Positions 38,395 to 49,131 of a stretch of 64,000 bases of DNA are shown here, one piece after another. The translations under genes and the position numbers were made by a program. The stretch spans positions 2,352 through 66,351 of the forward strand of contig CAZWIJ010000001.1 in NCBI GenBank assembly GCA_964633865.1, written 5' to 3'. The stretch is from an uncultured Candidatus Saccharibacteria bacterium (GTDB lineage: Bacteria > Patescibacteriota > Minisyncoccia > SW-4-49-11). Within the stretch, counting starts at the first letter, position 1; every line of letters begins with the position of its first letter. The notes under the pieces are model-generated. The model saw nothing but the letters and a program-made list of their open reading frames with translations. It ran no database searches and was not told the origin of the DNA.

Positions 38395-40209
38395 ATGATT
38401 ACAGGATTTATTATTAAAGTATCAGGTCCACTGATTGTGGCTGATCAGATGAAAGGAGCTAAGATGTATGATGTTGTACATGTTGGTCCCCAAAAATTGA
38501 TGGGGGAGATTATTGAAGTAAAACAAAATACTGTTTCCATCCAAGTCTATGAAGAAACAACAGGTTTGATGGTTGGTGATCCTGTTATTTCTACTGGAGA
38601 ACCTTTATCTATAGAATTAGGGCCTGGTCTTTTGACTACTGGTTTGTTCGATGGAATCTTGAGACCTCTTAATTTGATAGCTCGTGAAGTAGAAAAACAA
38701 GGATTTAATTCAGGATATATTAGAAGAGGTATCCAAATTTCATCTCTTGATCGTAATAAAAAATGGGCCTTCAAAGCTATTCTAAAAGAGGGTGATTTTG
38801 TGGTAGCAGGAGATATTTTAGGAACTGTACAGGAAACTGATTTAATACAACATAAAATTTTGGTTCCATTTGGGATAGAAGGTGAATTATCTATGATAAA
38901 AGATGGGGAATTCACTATTTTAGATACAATAGCTAAAGTTGGTGATAGAGAAATAAAAATGATGCACAAATGGCCAGTAAGAAAAGAAAGACCTAAAGTA
39001 AAAAAACATTTACCAACTGTCCCTTTAATTACACAACAAAGAATTATTGATACTTTTTTTCCTATCCCAAAAGGTGGTGCGGCCGCTGTTCCTGGACCTT
39101 TCGGTGCTGGTAAGACGGTTATCCAACAACAATTAGCTAAATGGTCTGATGCGGATATTGTGATTTATGTTGGTTGTGGTGAGCGAGGAAATGAATTGAC
39201 AGATATTTTGGTTGAATTCCCTCATTTGAAAGATCCAAAATCAGGGAAACCTTTAATGGATAGAACTATTGTGATTGCGAATACTTCCAATATGCCTATC
39301 GCTGCCAGGGAAGCATCTGTTTATACTGGAATAACTTTGGCTGAATACTATAGAGATATGGGATATAATGTGGCTATGATGGCTGATTCCACATCTAGAT
39401 GGGCTGAGGCTATGAGAGAAATGTCAGGTAGATTAGAAGAAATGCCAGGAGAAGAAGGTTATCCAGCTTATCTTGGATCAAGAATTTCATCTTTTTATGA
39501 AAGAGCTGGTTTGGTAACATGTCTTGGAAAGGATCAAAGAATGGGATCAGCAACTATAGTAGCTGCTGTATCCCCAGCTGGAGGAGATATGTCAGAACCA
39601 GTTAGTCAAGCAACCTTGAAAGTGACAAAAGCTTTTTGGGGATTGGATGCTGGCCTCGCTGCAAAAAAACATTTCCCATCTATCAATTGGCTTAATAGTT
39701 ATAGTTTATATGTAAATTCTGTTGAAGATTATTTTATAAAAGAAGCTGGAGCAGATTGGGGAGAACTTAGAGATTTAGCTATGTCAATTCTACAAAGAGA
39801 GAATGAATTAGACGATATTATCAAGTTAGTAGGAATGGAAGCACTTTCATTACAAGAAAAAATTCTTTTGGATACTGCTAAAACTTTGAGAGAAGATTAT
39901 TTGCAACAAAATGCTTTTGATGATGTAGATGCTTTTTCCTCAACTCAAAAAATGTATTTGATGTTAAAATGTATTTTGACTTTCCATCAAGAAGCTATTA
40001 ATTTGGTTAACAAAAATAAGGATGTAGAAATAAATGATATTATTGATTTAGAGTTGAAGAATGATATTTCTCGTTTAAAACAGATAAAAGAATCTGATTT
40101 AGATCAAATGGAAAATATTTTATCTAGAATTACAGAGGAATTACCTTTAGTTAAAAATGATGGAGATAATCAAGAATTTGGTTTAAATAAAGTTGTAAGT
40201 GGAATATAA
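38395..40209 (+). CDS. ntpA: V-type ATP synthase catalytic subunit A
   Basis: Walker A 'GPFGAGKTV', the A-subunit non-homologous insert, and 'MADSTSRWAEA'. Confidence 0.9.
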   Translation: MITGFIIKVSGPLIVADQMKGAKMYDVVHVGPQKLMGEIIEVKQNTVSIQVYEETTGLMVGDPVISTGEPLSIELGPGLLTTGLFDGILRPLNLIAREVEKQGFNSGYIRRGIQISSLDRNKKWAFKAILKEGDFVVAGDILGTVQETDLIQHKILVPFGIEGELSMIKDGEFTILDTIAKVGDREIKMMHKWPVRKERPKVKKHLPTVPLITQQRIIDTFFPIPKGGAAAVPGPFGAGKTVIQQQLAKWSDADIVIYVGCGERGNELTDILVEFPHLKDPKSGKPLMDRTIVIANTSNMPIAAREASVYTGITLAEYYRDMGYNVAMMADSTSRWAEAMREMSGRLEEMPGEEGYPAYLGSRISSFYERAGLVTCLGKDQRMGSATIVAAVSPAGGDMSEPVSQATLKVTKAFWGLDAGLAAKKHFPSINWLNSYSLYVNSVEDYFIKEAGADWGELRDLAMSILQRENELDDIIKLVGMEALSLQEKILLDTAKTLREDYLQQNAFDDVDAFSSTQKMYLMLKCILTFHQEAINLVNKNKDVEINDIIDLELKNDISRLKQIKESDLDQMENILSRITEELPLVKNDGDNQEFGLNKVVSGI

Positions 40210-40232
40210 TTTAGTAATTAATTTATTTTTAT

Positions 40233-41627
40233 ATGAAAATATGGAATCAAACAATTAAAGAGATAGCAGGTTCTCTTGTAATTGTAGAAAAAGTTAAAAA
40301 TGTTGCTTTTGAAGAGATTGTAGAGATAAAAGATAGTGAAGGTAATATTCGTAGAGGAAAGGTTTTAGAGGTAGATAGAGATATTGCTGTTGTCCAATTA
40401 TTCACAAGTACACAAGGTTTGGAAAATAAAGATGCTCAGGTAGCATTTTTGGGTGAAACACTAAAATTCGGAGTAAGTGAAAAAATGTTAGGAAGAATAT
40501 TTACAGGTTCAGGTGAAGTCAAAGATGGAGGACCTAAGATTTTAGCTAATGAATATTTAGATATTAATGGATTTCCGATTAATCCAGGTATGAGAGCTTT
40601 TCCTAGTCAATTTATTCAAACTGGAATTTCTACAATTGATGGCTTAAACTCTTTGGTTAGAGGTCAAAAGTTACCTATTTTTTCTGGATCAGGATTACCT
40701 CACAGCGAATTAGCAGCTCAAATTGCAAAACAGGCAAGAGTTGTAAAAGTAGAGAATGGAGAAAAAGTTGTAGAGTCAGATGAAAAATTTGCAGTTATTT
40801 TCGCTGCTATGGGTGTCACATTTGAAGAAGCAGAATTTTTTATCAGTTCTCTTGAATCAACTGGAGCTATGGAAAGAGCAGCTGTATTCCTTAATCTAGC
40901 TAATGATCCAATTGTGGAAAGAATAACTTTACCAAGATTAGCCTTGACTTTAGGAGAATACTTAGCTTTTGAGAAAGATATGCATGTTTTGGTAGTTATG
41001 ACAGATATGACAAATTATGCGGATGCACTAAGAGAAATATCAGCTTCCAGAAAAGAAATTCCTGGTAGAAGAGGATATCCTGGTTATATGTATACAGATC
41101 TTGCAACTTTATACGAAAGAGCAGGATTAATTCAAGGAAGAAAAGGCTCTCTTACCCAAATCCCTATTTTGACAATGCCAGATGATGATAAACAACATCC
41201 AATCCCTGACCTTACAGGATATATTACAGAAGGTCAGATTATGGTAGATAGAAAATTACATAATCAAGGTATTTATCCCCCAATCCAACCGATAGGATCC
41301 CTATCTAGAATAAAAGTAGATAAAAAAGAAACAAGAGAAGATCTGTCAGCAGTTCAAGATCAAATGTCATCCTCATATGCAAAAGGTATGGAGATAAAAG
41401 AACTTGCTTTGATTTTGGGTGAATCTGCTCTTTCTGATACAGATAAAGCTTATATGAAATTTGCTGATGAATTTGAAAAGAAATATATTAATCAAGCTAA
41501 ATCAGAAAATAGAAGTATAATAGAAACTCTAGATATTTCTTGGGAATTGTTATCTATCTTACCAAAGAAAGAATTAAAGAAAATCAAGCCTGAATTTATA
41601 GATAAATATTCTAAAAATCTAGCTTAA
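40233..41627 (+). CDS. ntpB: V-type ATP synthase subunit B
   Basis: '[15 protein letters not shown]' and '[22 protein letters not shown]' are B-subunit signatures. Confidence 0.9.
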   Translation: MKIWNQTIKEIAGSLVIVEKVKNVAFEEIVEIKDSEGNIRRGKVLEVDRDIAVVQLFTSTQGLENKDAQVAFLGETLKFGVSEKMLGRIFTGSGEVKDGGPKILANEYLDINGFPINPGMRAFPSQFIQTGISTIDGLNSLVRGQKLPIFSGSGLPHSELAAQIAKQARVVKVENGEKVVESDEKFAVIFAAMGVTFEEAEFFISSLESTGAMERAAVFLNLANDPIVERITLPRLALTLGEYLAFEKDMHVLVVMTDMTNYADALREISASRKEIPGRRGYPGYMYTDLATLYERAGLIQGRKGSLTQIPILTMPDDDKQHPIPDLTGYITEGQIMVDRKLHNQGIYPPIQPIGSLSRIKVDKKETREDLSAVQDQMSSSYAKGMEIKELALILGESALSDTDKAYMKFADEFEKKYINQAKSENRSIIETLDISWELLSILPKKELKKIKPEFIDKYSKNLA

Positions 41628-41636
41628 ATTAAATTT

Positions 41637-42248
41637 ATGTTGATAAAACCAACTAGACAAGAATTATTAAAATTTAAGAAAAAACTTAAAACAGCATCTC
41701 GAGGACATAGACTTTTGAAGGATAAAAGAGATGGGTTAATTCAAAAATTTTTGGCTATCATAAAAGAAGTAGTCACTATAAGAAAAGAAATTAATAAAGA
41801 TTTATTAAAATCAATTGAGCTTTTTTATTATGCAAAAGCTAAAATTTCTAATTTGGAGTTAGATGAAATAGAAGAAAAATCTAATTCTGAAATAAAAGTA
41901 ATAAAAACAGATTCTAACTTTATGGGAGTTAATATTCCAAAGCTTGACTTTAATGTTGAAGGAGACCCATTTAATTATGGTGTTTTGAATATTCCAAAAG
42001 ACTTAGATCAATCAATCCTAACTTTTTATAAAGTCCTGCCTAAATTAATCAAACTGGCTGAACTAGAATATACATCCAAAAAATTAGCTGATGAGATAGA
42101 GAAGACCAGGAGAAGAGTAAATGCTCTTGAATATGTTATTGTTCCCGAGTTAAAAGAAAATATGAGATTTGTAGCTGGAGTATTGGAAGAAAGATCCAGA
42201 CAAGAAAAAGTTACAATTATGAAGGTAAAAGAGATTTTGGGATTGTAG
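41637..42248 (+). CDS. ntpD: V-type ATP synthase subunit D
   Basis: 203 aa, N-terminal 'MLIKPTRQELLKFKKKLKTASRGHRLLKDKRDGLI'. Confidence 0.8.
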   Translation: MLIKPTRQELLKFKKKLKTASRGHRLLKDKRDGLIQKFLAIIKEVVTIRKEINKDLLKSIELFYYAKAKISNLELDEIEEKSNSEIKVIKTDSNFMGVNIPKLDFNVEGDPFNYGVLNIPKDLDQSILTFYKVLPKLIKLAELEYTSKKLADEIEKTRRRVNALEYVIVPELKENMRFVAGVLEERSRQEKVTIMKVKEILGL

Positions 42249-42250
42249 AA

Positions 42251-42283
42251 ATAAAAAACCTCTTTGAATAAAAATTAAAGAGG
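42251..42283 (-). terminator. rho-independent terminator (reads as such on the minus strand) shared by the convergent ntpD and 42309..42932 genes
   Basis: Stem CCTCTTT/AAAGAGG with an 11-nt loop. ATAAAAAA on the plus strand gives a U-run for the minus-strand transcript. Confidence 0.45.
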
Positions 42284-42308
42284 CAATATATTAATTTAAG
42301 AGTTTAAT

Positions 42309-42932
42309 TTAGATATATAAATCTAATATTTTAATGTCTCCAATTGAACCAGTAACTTTTGATTTCATAAAGCGACTAAATTTATATTTCTTTATGCAAT
42401 AGTTAAAGACATCTAATTTAGTTGTGATATCACAAGGTATTTCTAATTTAAAATTAGAATTTGTATCAAGTTTTTTAGCAAAATTTTTTGAGATTAAAAA
42501 TTCTGCATAGGCATTATCTAATAATACTTTATTTTCATCTGTAAATGGATTTTTAGTTTTGCCTTGAATAAATTGATCAAAAAGTATCTTATTAATTATT
42601 AGGTAGTGAAAAGATACAATATACTCATTAAAAACAAGACCCATTTTTTCACAGAACTCTTTACTCCCTATAAATTCAGAATACTTATTTATCTTAGTTA
42701 AGTGTTCAATAAAATTAATTGCTCTGTCTAAATCTCGAATATAATCTTCTTTTTGATACATAATATATATAGGGCTTTTTACATCACCCAAACCAATTCC
42801 TGGAATAAGTAATTGTCCTAGAACTACTAATTCTCGTTCATTCATACTTAAAATTTTTGGCATTTCACTGTCCAAAAATTTATTAAAAGGTTTTTTTTCT
42901 GAAAAAAGATCAAACTGAATTAAATTAGCCAT
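42309..42932 (-). CDS. hypothetical protein
   Basis: 207-aa ORF. No motif recognised. Confidence 0.4.
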   Translation of the reverse strand: MANLIQFDLFSEKKPFNKFLDSEMPKILSMNERELVVLGQLLIPGIGLGDVKSPIYIMYQKEDYIRDLDRAINFIEHLTKINKYSEFIGSKEFCEKMGLVFNEYIVSFHYLIINKILFDQFIQGKTKNPFTDENKVLLDNAYAEFLISKNFAKKLDTNSNFKLEIPCDITTKLDVFNYCIKKYKFSRFMKSKVTGSIGDIKILDLYI

Positions 42933-43131
42933 AAATAACTTATCTCATAAGCTAAGTTTACTGATATAAATTATCATAATAATAAGTTTTTGTCAATATA
43001 GGTTGGCATAAAATTCTGTGCCTATTGATTTTATTGAATTTATAAGGTATAATGCTCTCAAATGAGAAAATATAAAATAAATACTTTAAAATATTGTCTT
43101 AAATTTTGTACAAGTTTTATTTTAATTATAT

Positions 43132-44670
43132 ATGTATTTTTATCAAAATAAACCATCTCAAAGGCCAGCAACTATTTTTCTTGTTATATTTTTTGCTGCT
43201 TTAGGAGGATTTTATTATATATCATTTTTACTTAATCCTAATAATATAGGGAATTTATTACCTTATATTCTTGTTCTGATTGCTGAACTTTTTTTTGTTA
43301 TACAATCATTGATTGTATTTTGGACTATGTTGGTTGGGGAAGAAGACCCTAGAGATTATAAATATTTTGACACTCAAAAGAAAATTATAAAATTGAGTGG
43401 ATTGAAAATAAATAAAAAAATAGCGAAAGTAAATGTTTTTATTACGGTTTATGGAGAACCTTTAGAAGTTATAAAAAAGACTGTTAAATCTGCTAGAGAT
43501 ATGAAAGGTAAGCACCAAACATATATTCTCGATGATGGTAAATCAGATGAAGTGAAAGATTTAGCAAAAAAATTGAAAGTAGAATATATAAGAAGAGATA
43601 ATAATGAAGGAGCTAAAGCTGGAAATATCAATCATGCATTGAGTATTACAGAAAGTGACTTTTTTGTTATATTTGATGCAGATCATGTTCCTAATAAAAA
43701 TTTTTTATTAGAGACTCTTCCTTTTTTTTATGATGATAATCTTGCTTTTGTACAGACACCACAACATTTTGAAGAAATGGCTAATTTTATATCAAAAGGA
43801 AGTGGTTATGCTCAAAGAGTTTTTTATACTTGGATAAATAAAGGTAAAAATAAATTTAATTCGGCCTTTTGTGTAGGAACTAATGTTATATTTAGAACCT
43901 CAATAATAAATGATATGGGAGGTATTTATCAAAAATCTAATTCTGAGGATATATGGACTTCTATTTTGATTCATGAAAAAGGATATAAATCTATATTTAT
44001 TTCTGATATTTTAGCTGAAGGACAAGCTCCAGAAACAACTAAAGCTTATGTAAAACAACAACAAAGATGGGCTACTGGAGGGTTAGAGATATTTTTTAAA
44101 CACAACCCTTTATTTGCTAAATTGTCATTAGATCAAAAAATACAATATCTTAGTACTTCTATGTTTTATTTTAGTGGTGTAGCAAGTTTATTTTTATTTA
44201 TTTTACCTTCAATTTATATATTTTTTGGTTTAATTCCTATACAAAGTGAATTTGGTATTATAGATTGGGCTATCCGATATTCTGTTTTCTACATATTACA
44301 GATTTGTGTGGCATTTTATTTTATGAAAGGATTCCGTTGGGAGACTATGATTGTAGCTTTTGTTTCTTTTCCTATATACCTAAAATCTCTTTGGAATGTA
44401 ATTACAGGGCAAGATGAAAAGTGGAATGTTACCAACCGTAAAGATGAAGATAGTCCTTTTAATTATATTGTTCCTCAAATTGTATTGTTTTTATTTCTTA
44501 TAATCACAACTGTTATAGGTGGGTTTGATTTGTTTTGGTATAGAAATAGTGGGATATTGGCTGCTTTCATTTGGAATTTAATAAATACATTTATATTCGG
44601 GTTCTTTTTATGGATAACATATAAGGAAAAAAGACTTATGTCTATACAAGATAATCAAATAATCAGATAA
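43132..44670 (+). CDS. processive family-2 glycosyltransferase (cellulose/curdlan/chitin-synthase-like, QxxRW type)
   Basis: N-terminal TMs. 'ILDDGKSDE' (DDG), 'FVIFDADH' (DxD), 'FCVGTNVIFR' and 'QQQRWATGG' (QxxRW), then C-terminal TMs. Confidence 0.75.
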   Translation: MYFYQNKPSQRPATIFLVIFFAALGGFYYISFLLNPNNIGNLLPYILVLIAELFFVIQSLIVFWTMLVGEEDPRDYKYFDTQKKIIKLSGLKINKKIAKVNVFITVYGEPLEVIKKTVKSARDMKGKHQTYILDDGKSDEVKDLAKKLKVEYIRRDNNEGAKAGNINHALSITESDFFVIFDADHVPNKNFLLETLPFFYDDNLAFVQTPQHFEEMANFISKGSGYAQRVFYTWINKGKNKFNSAFCVGTNVIFRTSIINDMGGIYQKSNSEDIWTSILIHEKGYKSIFISDILAEGQAPETTKAYVKQQQRWATGGLEIFFKHNPLFAKLSLDQKIQYLSTSMFYFSGVASLFLFILPSIYIFFGLIPIQSEFGIIDWAIRYSVFYILQICVAFYFMKGFRWETMIVAFVSFPIYLKSLWNVITGQDEKWNVTNRKDEDSPFNYIVPQIVLFLFLIITTVIGGFDLFWYRNSGILAAFIWNLINTFIFGFFLWITYKEKRLMSIQDNQIIR

Positions 44671-44682
44671 TTTTTTAATTTT

Positions 44683-45366
44683 ATGAATAGGAAATCAATT
44701 GTTCAGTTTGCTAAATGGTTTATAGTAGGTACTATGATTACTACTGTAGCTTTATTTTGGAAGTTAGAAAGACAATCTTATATTGTCTCAAGTCAAGGAT
44801 CATTACAGTCTAATTTATATACTATCGGAATAGATTATACTGGCGTTATTCTAAATATATTAGTTAAAGCGGGAGATAGAGTATCTAAAGATCAACCTTT
44901 AGTTGTTTTGAAGAGCTCAACTCTGATTGATAGACTAAATGAATCTAAAATATCAAAAGATGATTTGATTTATGATCTTACTAGTGATAATAATATATTA
45001 TTAAAAGCACAAAATTCAGGTGTGGTAGATAAAGTTTTGTTTACACAAGGGTCATTTATCCCTGCTAACTCAGAGATTTTAAATATTGTAGATGAAGGTT
45101 ATTTTGTTACCGCTAAATTTACAATACCAGAATCTGACTTTTATTTGATAAAAAAAGATATCCCTGCTATTATGTCTATAGGAAATGATACTTATAAAGG
45201 ATCTTTACAAGATTTTGAGATTTTGGAATCTGAAGATTCATTGATTTATATTGAAGCAACAATTATACCTGAAAATGTGCAAGAGTTTCAAGAGTACCGT
45301 ATAGGTAGCCCAATTACAAGTAGATTATTGATAAAATCCAATCCATTTAGAAATTTTTTTAAATAA
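44683..45366 (+). CDS. membrane-anchored HlyD/biotin-lipoyl-like adaptor protein
   Basis: One TM. 'YTGVILNILVKAGDRVSKDQPLVVLKSS' is a lipoyl-like hairpin as in membrane-fusion proteins. Confidence 0.4.
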   Translation: MNRKSIVQFAKWFIVGTMITTVALFWKLERQSYIVSSQGSLQSNLYTIGIDYTGVILNILVKAGDRVSKDQPLVVLKSSTLIDRLNESKISKDDLIYDLTSDNNILLKAQNSGVVDKVLFTQGSFIPANSEILNIVDEGYFVTAKFTIPESDFYLIKKDIPAIMSIGNDTYKGSLQDFEILESEDSLIYIEATIIPENVQEFQEYRIGSPITSRLLIKSNPFRNFFK

Positions 45367-45387
45367 ATATATTATTATACCACACAT

Positions 45388-47367
45388 ATGAAAAACAAAT
45401 TTTTTATATTTTTAACATTAATTTTTCTAGGAACTATAGTTTATTTAGTTGTTTCTAATAAGGATTATAAGAATGACTTTAGTAGTAATAATAATGAATC
45501 TTATTCTATTGATAAAAGCAATATGCCTGAAAAGATATTTTATACTGAGAAAATTTTTTCAACTTTAACTCCCAAAACTAATAGTTGGATGTCCTCAGCA
45601 TTTTTTAAAAAAGATTCAGAGCCACTATTTGTTTATCCTTATAGTCTTGATTTTACTGAAAAAGGATTTACTTTAAATATCCCTAATATTACATCAACTA
45701 ATAATACAATTTTTGGTTCTCATAATCCAGAAATTGAAATTTCTTTTGGAGAAAATTTAGAAACACATGTTATTGATTATGGAGATATAGATGCTACATT
45801 TGAATTAAGAGACAATTCTCAGAAAAATATAGCACAAATTAGAACTATAAGAGGAGTTCCTTATATTTATATAAAGGTTATTGAAGGGAATAAAATTAGT
45901 ATTAAAGCTAATTCTATAAAAAAAGATGACGATATATTTCAAATAAATAATCTTTTCAGAGTATATAATATAGATAATATTATATCTGAAGACTCAGGGA
46001 ATTTATCTTTTACACCAAATAAAGATCAAAATATAATATTTGGAGCTATTCCAACAAACAAAAAACACTCTTATATTGATAAATATTCAGATACTGTTAT
46101 TTCTGACATATCTGTAGAAACTAGTCTTAGTGATTCTGAAGTGAAAACTAAATATATTTTTGATACTGTAGATAATAAAGAAATATTATTTGGTCAGTTA
46201 AATGATGCCGAACCCATAAATGAGAATATAATTCCAGCAGAAATATCTTATAAAAGTATTAAAGGTAATTTAATAAATTATATAGGAAAAGAATTTGAAT
46301 TTAAAGATAAATTATTTGATCCTATAACCAAATTAGATCCAACAAAATATAATGATGATCAAAAAAATCTTATCAAAGCAGCTCTTTTAGACGATTTGGC
46401 AACAACTAACTTTAAAGATGATACTTATTATGGCGGTAAAACAATGGCACGACAAGCTTATCTGTATGAAATAGCTAGAGATTTTGGTTGGACAGATATA
46501 TACCCCTCAATTATGAATCCTCTAAAAAAAGAATTAACTAGCTGGTTATCTGATAATGGTTCCAGAGGATTCTTCTATGAACCTAATATTAAGACTTTAG
46601 TAGGTGTTCCAAGTTCTTTTGGATCTGAATTAGCTAATGATCATCACTTTCACTATGGATATATAATCTATGCATCATCTGTTATGGCAGAATATGATCA
46701 AGATTTCCTGAATACATATAAGGATAAAATATCTTTGATTTTAGATGATTATGGATCTTTAAAAAGAGACTCTGAAACTTTCCCATATTTGAGAGTATTT
46801 GATCATTATGAATTACATAGTTGGGCTTCAGGTTTCGCTTTGTTTCAAGATGGTAATAATCAAGAATCAACTTCAGAAGCTATAAATAGTTGGTATGCTA
46901 TGTATAGATGGGCACTTTTAACAAAAGATACTGAAAAACAAAATATGGCTAAATGGCTATATTCCCAAGAAATTAATTCAACATTATCTTTTTGGCTTGA
47001 TATAGAAAATATAAAAGAAGATACACTATATGAGGCACCTATTGCAGCTCTTGTTTGGGGAGGTAAGATAGATTATGCAACTTGGTTTAGTGCTACAGAT
47101 GAAGCTAAATTAGCTATACAGTTATTACCTTTAAACTTCGCAACAGAATATTTAAAAGAATATCCATCTATGATAGAAAAAAATATTGATTATATTAAAT
47201 CTAGATCTAGTAGTGGAGAATATACAGAGTTTAACGATCTTTTATTGACTTATGAATCAACCATAAACTCAGATGTAATATCCAAAATTCAGAATATAAA
47301 TTCCTCTAACTTTGATGATGGGAATTCTAAAACAGCATCTCTTGTATGGGCATTACAATTTAAGTAA
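45388..47367 (+). CDS. secreted glycoside hydrolase, GH81-like (endo-beta-1,3-glucanase family) candidate
   Basis: Signal/TM. 'NDHHFHYGYIIYA' and, about 75 aa downstream, 'QESTSEAINSWYA' (an ExxxE pair). I recall both as GH81 catalytic-region motifs. ~660 aa fits GH81. Confidence 0.45.
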   Translation: MKNKFFIFLTLIFLGTIVYLVVSNKDYKNDFSSNNNESYSIDKSNMPEKIFYTEKIFSTLTPKTNSWMSSAFFKKDSEPLFVYPYSLDFTEKGFTLNIPNITSTNNTIFGSHNPEIEISFGENLETHVIDYGDIDATFELRDNSQKNIAQIRTIRGVPYIYIKVIEGNKISIKANSIKKDDDIFQINNLFRVYNIDNIISEDSGNLSFTPNKDQNIIFGAIPTNKKHSYIDKYSDTVISDISVETSLSDSEVKTKYIFDTVDNKEILFGQLNDAEPINENIIPAEISYKSIKGNLINYIGKEFEFKDKLFDPITKLDPTKYNDDQKNLIKAALLDDLATTNFKDDTYYGGKTMARQAYLYEIARDFGWTDIYPSIMNPLKKELTSWLSDNGSRGFFYEPNIKTLVGVPSSFGSELANDHHFHYGYIIYASSVMAEYDQDFLNTYKDKISLILDDYGSLKRDSETFPYLRVFDHYELHSWASGFALFQDGNNQESTSEAINSWYAMYRWALLTKDTEKQNMAKWLYSQEINSTLSFWLDIENIKEDTLYEAPIAALVWGGKIDYATWFSATDEAKLAIQLLPLNFATEYLKEYPSMIEKNIDYIKSRSSSGEYTEFNDLLLTYESTINSDVISKIQNINSSNFDDGNSKTASLVWALQFK

Positions 47368-47437
47368 AAATTTAAAAAATACACAAAAATAAAATTTATG
47401 ATATAATATAGAAGATAAATCTAAAAAATATATTCAT

Positions 47438-48562
47438 ATGAAATTATTATTAATACCAATAGTTATTGCATTAGTAGTATTTATAGCGACTGCTATTACT
47501 TTTGTTTTGCCAAGAACTCTAAATTTAGCTAATAGATCTAATACAACAATTAGTGAAACAGCTTCAGTCAGTAACTTAAAACTAGGAGGAGTTTTAAAAT
47601 CATTTAATAGGGGAGAGACCTTTGATATAAAGGTTAATATTCCAAATCAAGATAAGATGATTTTAGATCAACCTATTCAAAACATGTACTTTGGTGCAGA
47701 TAACAAAACTCTTTATGCCATTACTCCAATTGGAATATATTATTCTAAAAGTAAAGCTGAGAGCTGGGAGTTAGCTTTTGATGCAACAACTTATCCAATA
47801 GATTCATTTCAATTTAATCTTAATAATAATGATGAGATCTATGTAGGAACATCTTTTGGAGGAAAAGCTAGATTAATAAAATATAATATAATAAATAAGA
47901 ATTATGAAGAGTTATATCTAGAAGCTAGTCAAGGAGTTTTGATTAATTATATCTTTCTAGATAAAAATAATACTAATTATATTAAAATAATTTTGACAAG
48001 CGGAGCTACTTTAGTAACAGATAATAATGGATTAGATTGGCGATATGAAGGTGTTTTTCCTGATACAATCCAAAGCATATATATTGATTTCAAGAATCCA
48101 AACAATATTTACTTTTTAGGAGGAACGGGTTTATATAGATCAATAGATGCTGGAAGAAATTTTACACTACTGACTCCAGGAGCTAATCCTGATCCTAGAA
48201 ACAAGAGATATAAATTTACTGTTTATTCTTATGCTGTAAATCCAAACAATAATAATGAGATTTATGTTGGTGGAGTCTCTCAAATATTAAGGTCTATTGA
48301 TGGAGGGGCTACTTGGGAACCAATTAATATTTTGACTCCAAATTCAAATATTTTGATTCGATCAATACAAGTTCATCCTTCCAATTCAAACATTATTTAT
48401 TATTCAGGGGCTTCTGTTCTGTATGTATCTACTAATAGAGGAGCAAATTGGACCCCTCTAGAATTACCCTTAAATTTATATGTCAATAAAATCTTAATAG
48501 ATTCAGAAAACAGTGATATAATATACTTAGGTACAACAGTACCAACGACTAAGAAAAACTAA
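47438..48562 (+). CDS. membrane-anchored BNR/Asp-box repeat beta-propeller protein
   Basis: N-terminal TM. Asp-box-like repeats 'YRSIDAGRNFT', 'LRSIDGGATWEP' and 'YVSTNRGANWTP'. Confidence 0.5.
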   Translation: MKLLLIPIVIALVVFIATAITFVLPRTLNLANRSNTTISETASVSNLKLGGVLKSFNRGETFDIKVNIPNQDKMILDQPIQNMYFGADNKTLYAITPIGIYYSKSKAESWELAFDATTYPIDSFQFNLNNNDEIYVGTSFGGKARLIKYNIINKNYEELYLEASQGVLINYIFLDKNNTNYIKIILTSGATLVTDNNGLDWRYEGVFPDTIQSIYIDFKNPNNIYFLGGTGLYRSIDAGRNFTLLTPGANPDPRNKRYKFTVYSYAVNPNNNNEIYVGGVSQILRSIDGGATWEPINILTPNSNILIRSIQVHPSNSNIIYYSGASVLYVSTNRGANWTPLELPLNLYVNKILIDSENSDIIYLGTTVPTTKKN

Positions 48563-48572
48563 TTATACTATT

Positions 48573-49127
48573 ATGGTAAATTCAACTGAACTAAAAAACT
48601 CATTACAAAAAACGATAGACTCATTTCGTAAAGAGTTATCAGGTTTAAGAACAGGTCAAGCTAGTATAGATTTGGTAGAAGATATTTTGGTAGAGTATTA
48701 TGGAGTACCTACTCCTATGAAGCAAATTGCTGCAATTAGTATCCCAGAGCCAAGAACTATATTAATTACTCCTTGGGATAAATCAGCAATAGCTCCAATA
48801 GAAAAAGCTATCTTAAAAACAACTCATTTAGGAATAAATCCTGTATCTGAAAGTTCTAGTGTTAGATTAAATATTCCTACTCTAACAGAAGAAAGAAGAA
48901 AAATTTTAGTAAAAGAAGCTTCTACTACAACAGAAAAATTTAGAGCAGAAATTAGAGTTATAAGAGATGATTATAGAGGAAAAGTTAAAGATCAATTAAA
49001 GAAGAAAGAAATCTCTGAAGATGAGCAAAAAATTGATTTTGATAATATTGAAAAAATGATTAAGGAATATAACAATGAGTTAGAGGTTATTTTTAAACAG
49101 AAAGAAAAAGATATTTTAGCAATATAG
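48573..49127 (+). CDS. frr: ribosome recycling factor
   Basis: 'SFRKELSGLRTGQASIDLVEDILVEYYG' and 'RLNIPTLTEERRKILVK' are RRF hallmarks. Confidence 0.85.
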   Translation: MVNSTELKNSLQKTIDSFRKELSGLRTGQASIDLVEDILVEYYGVPTPMKQIAAISIPEPRTILITPWDKSAIAPIEKAILKTTHLGINPVSESSSVRLNIPTLTEERRKILVKEASTTTEKFRAEIRVIRDDYRGKVKDQLKKKEISEDEQKIDFDNIEKMIKEYNNELEVIFKQKEKDILAI

Positions 49128-49131
49128 TAAT

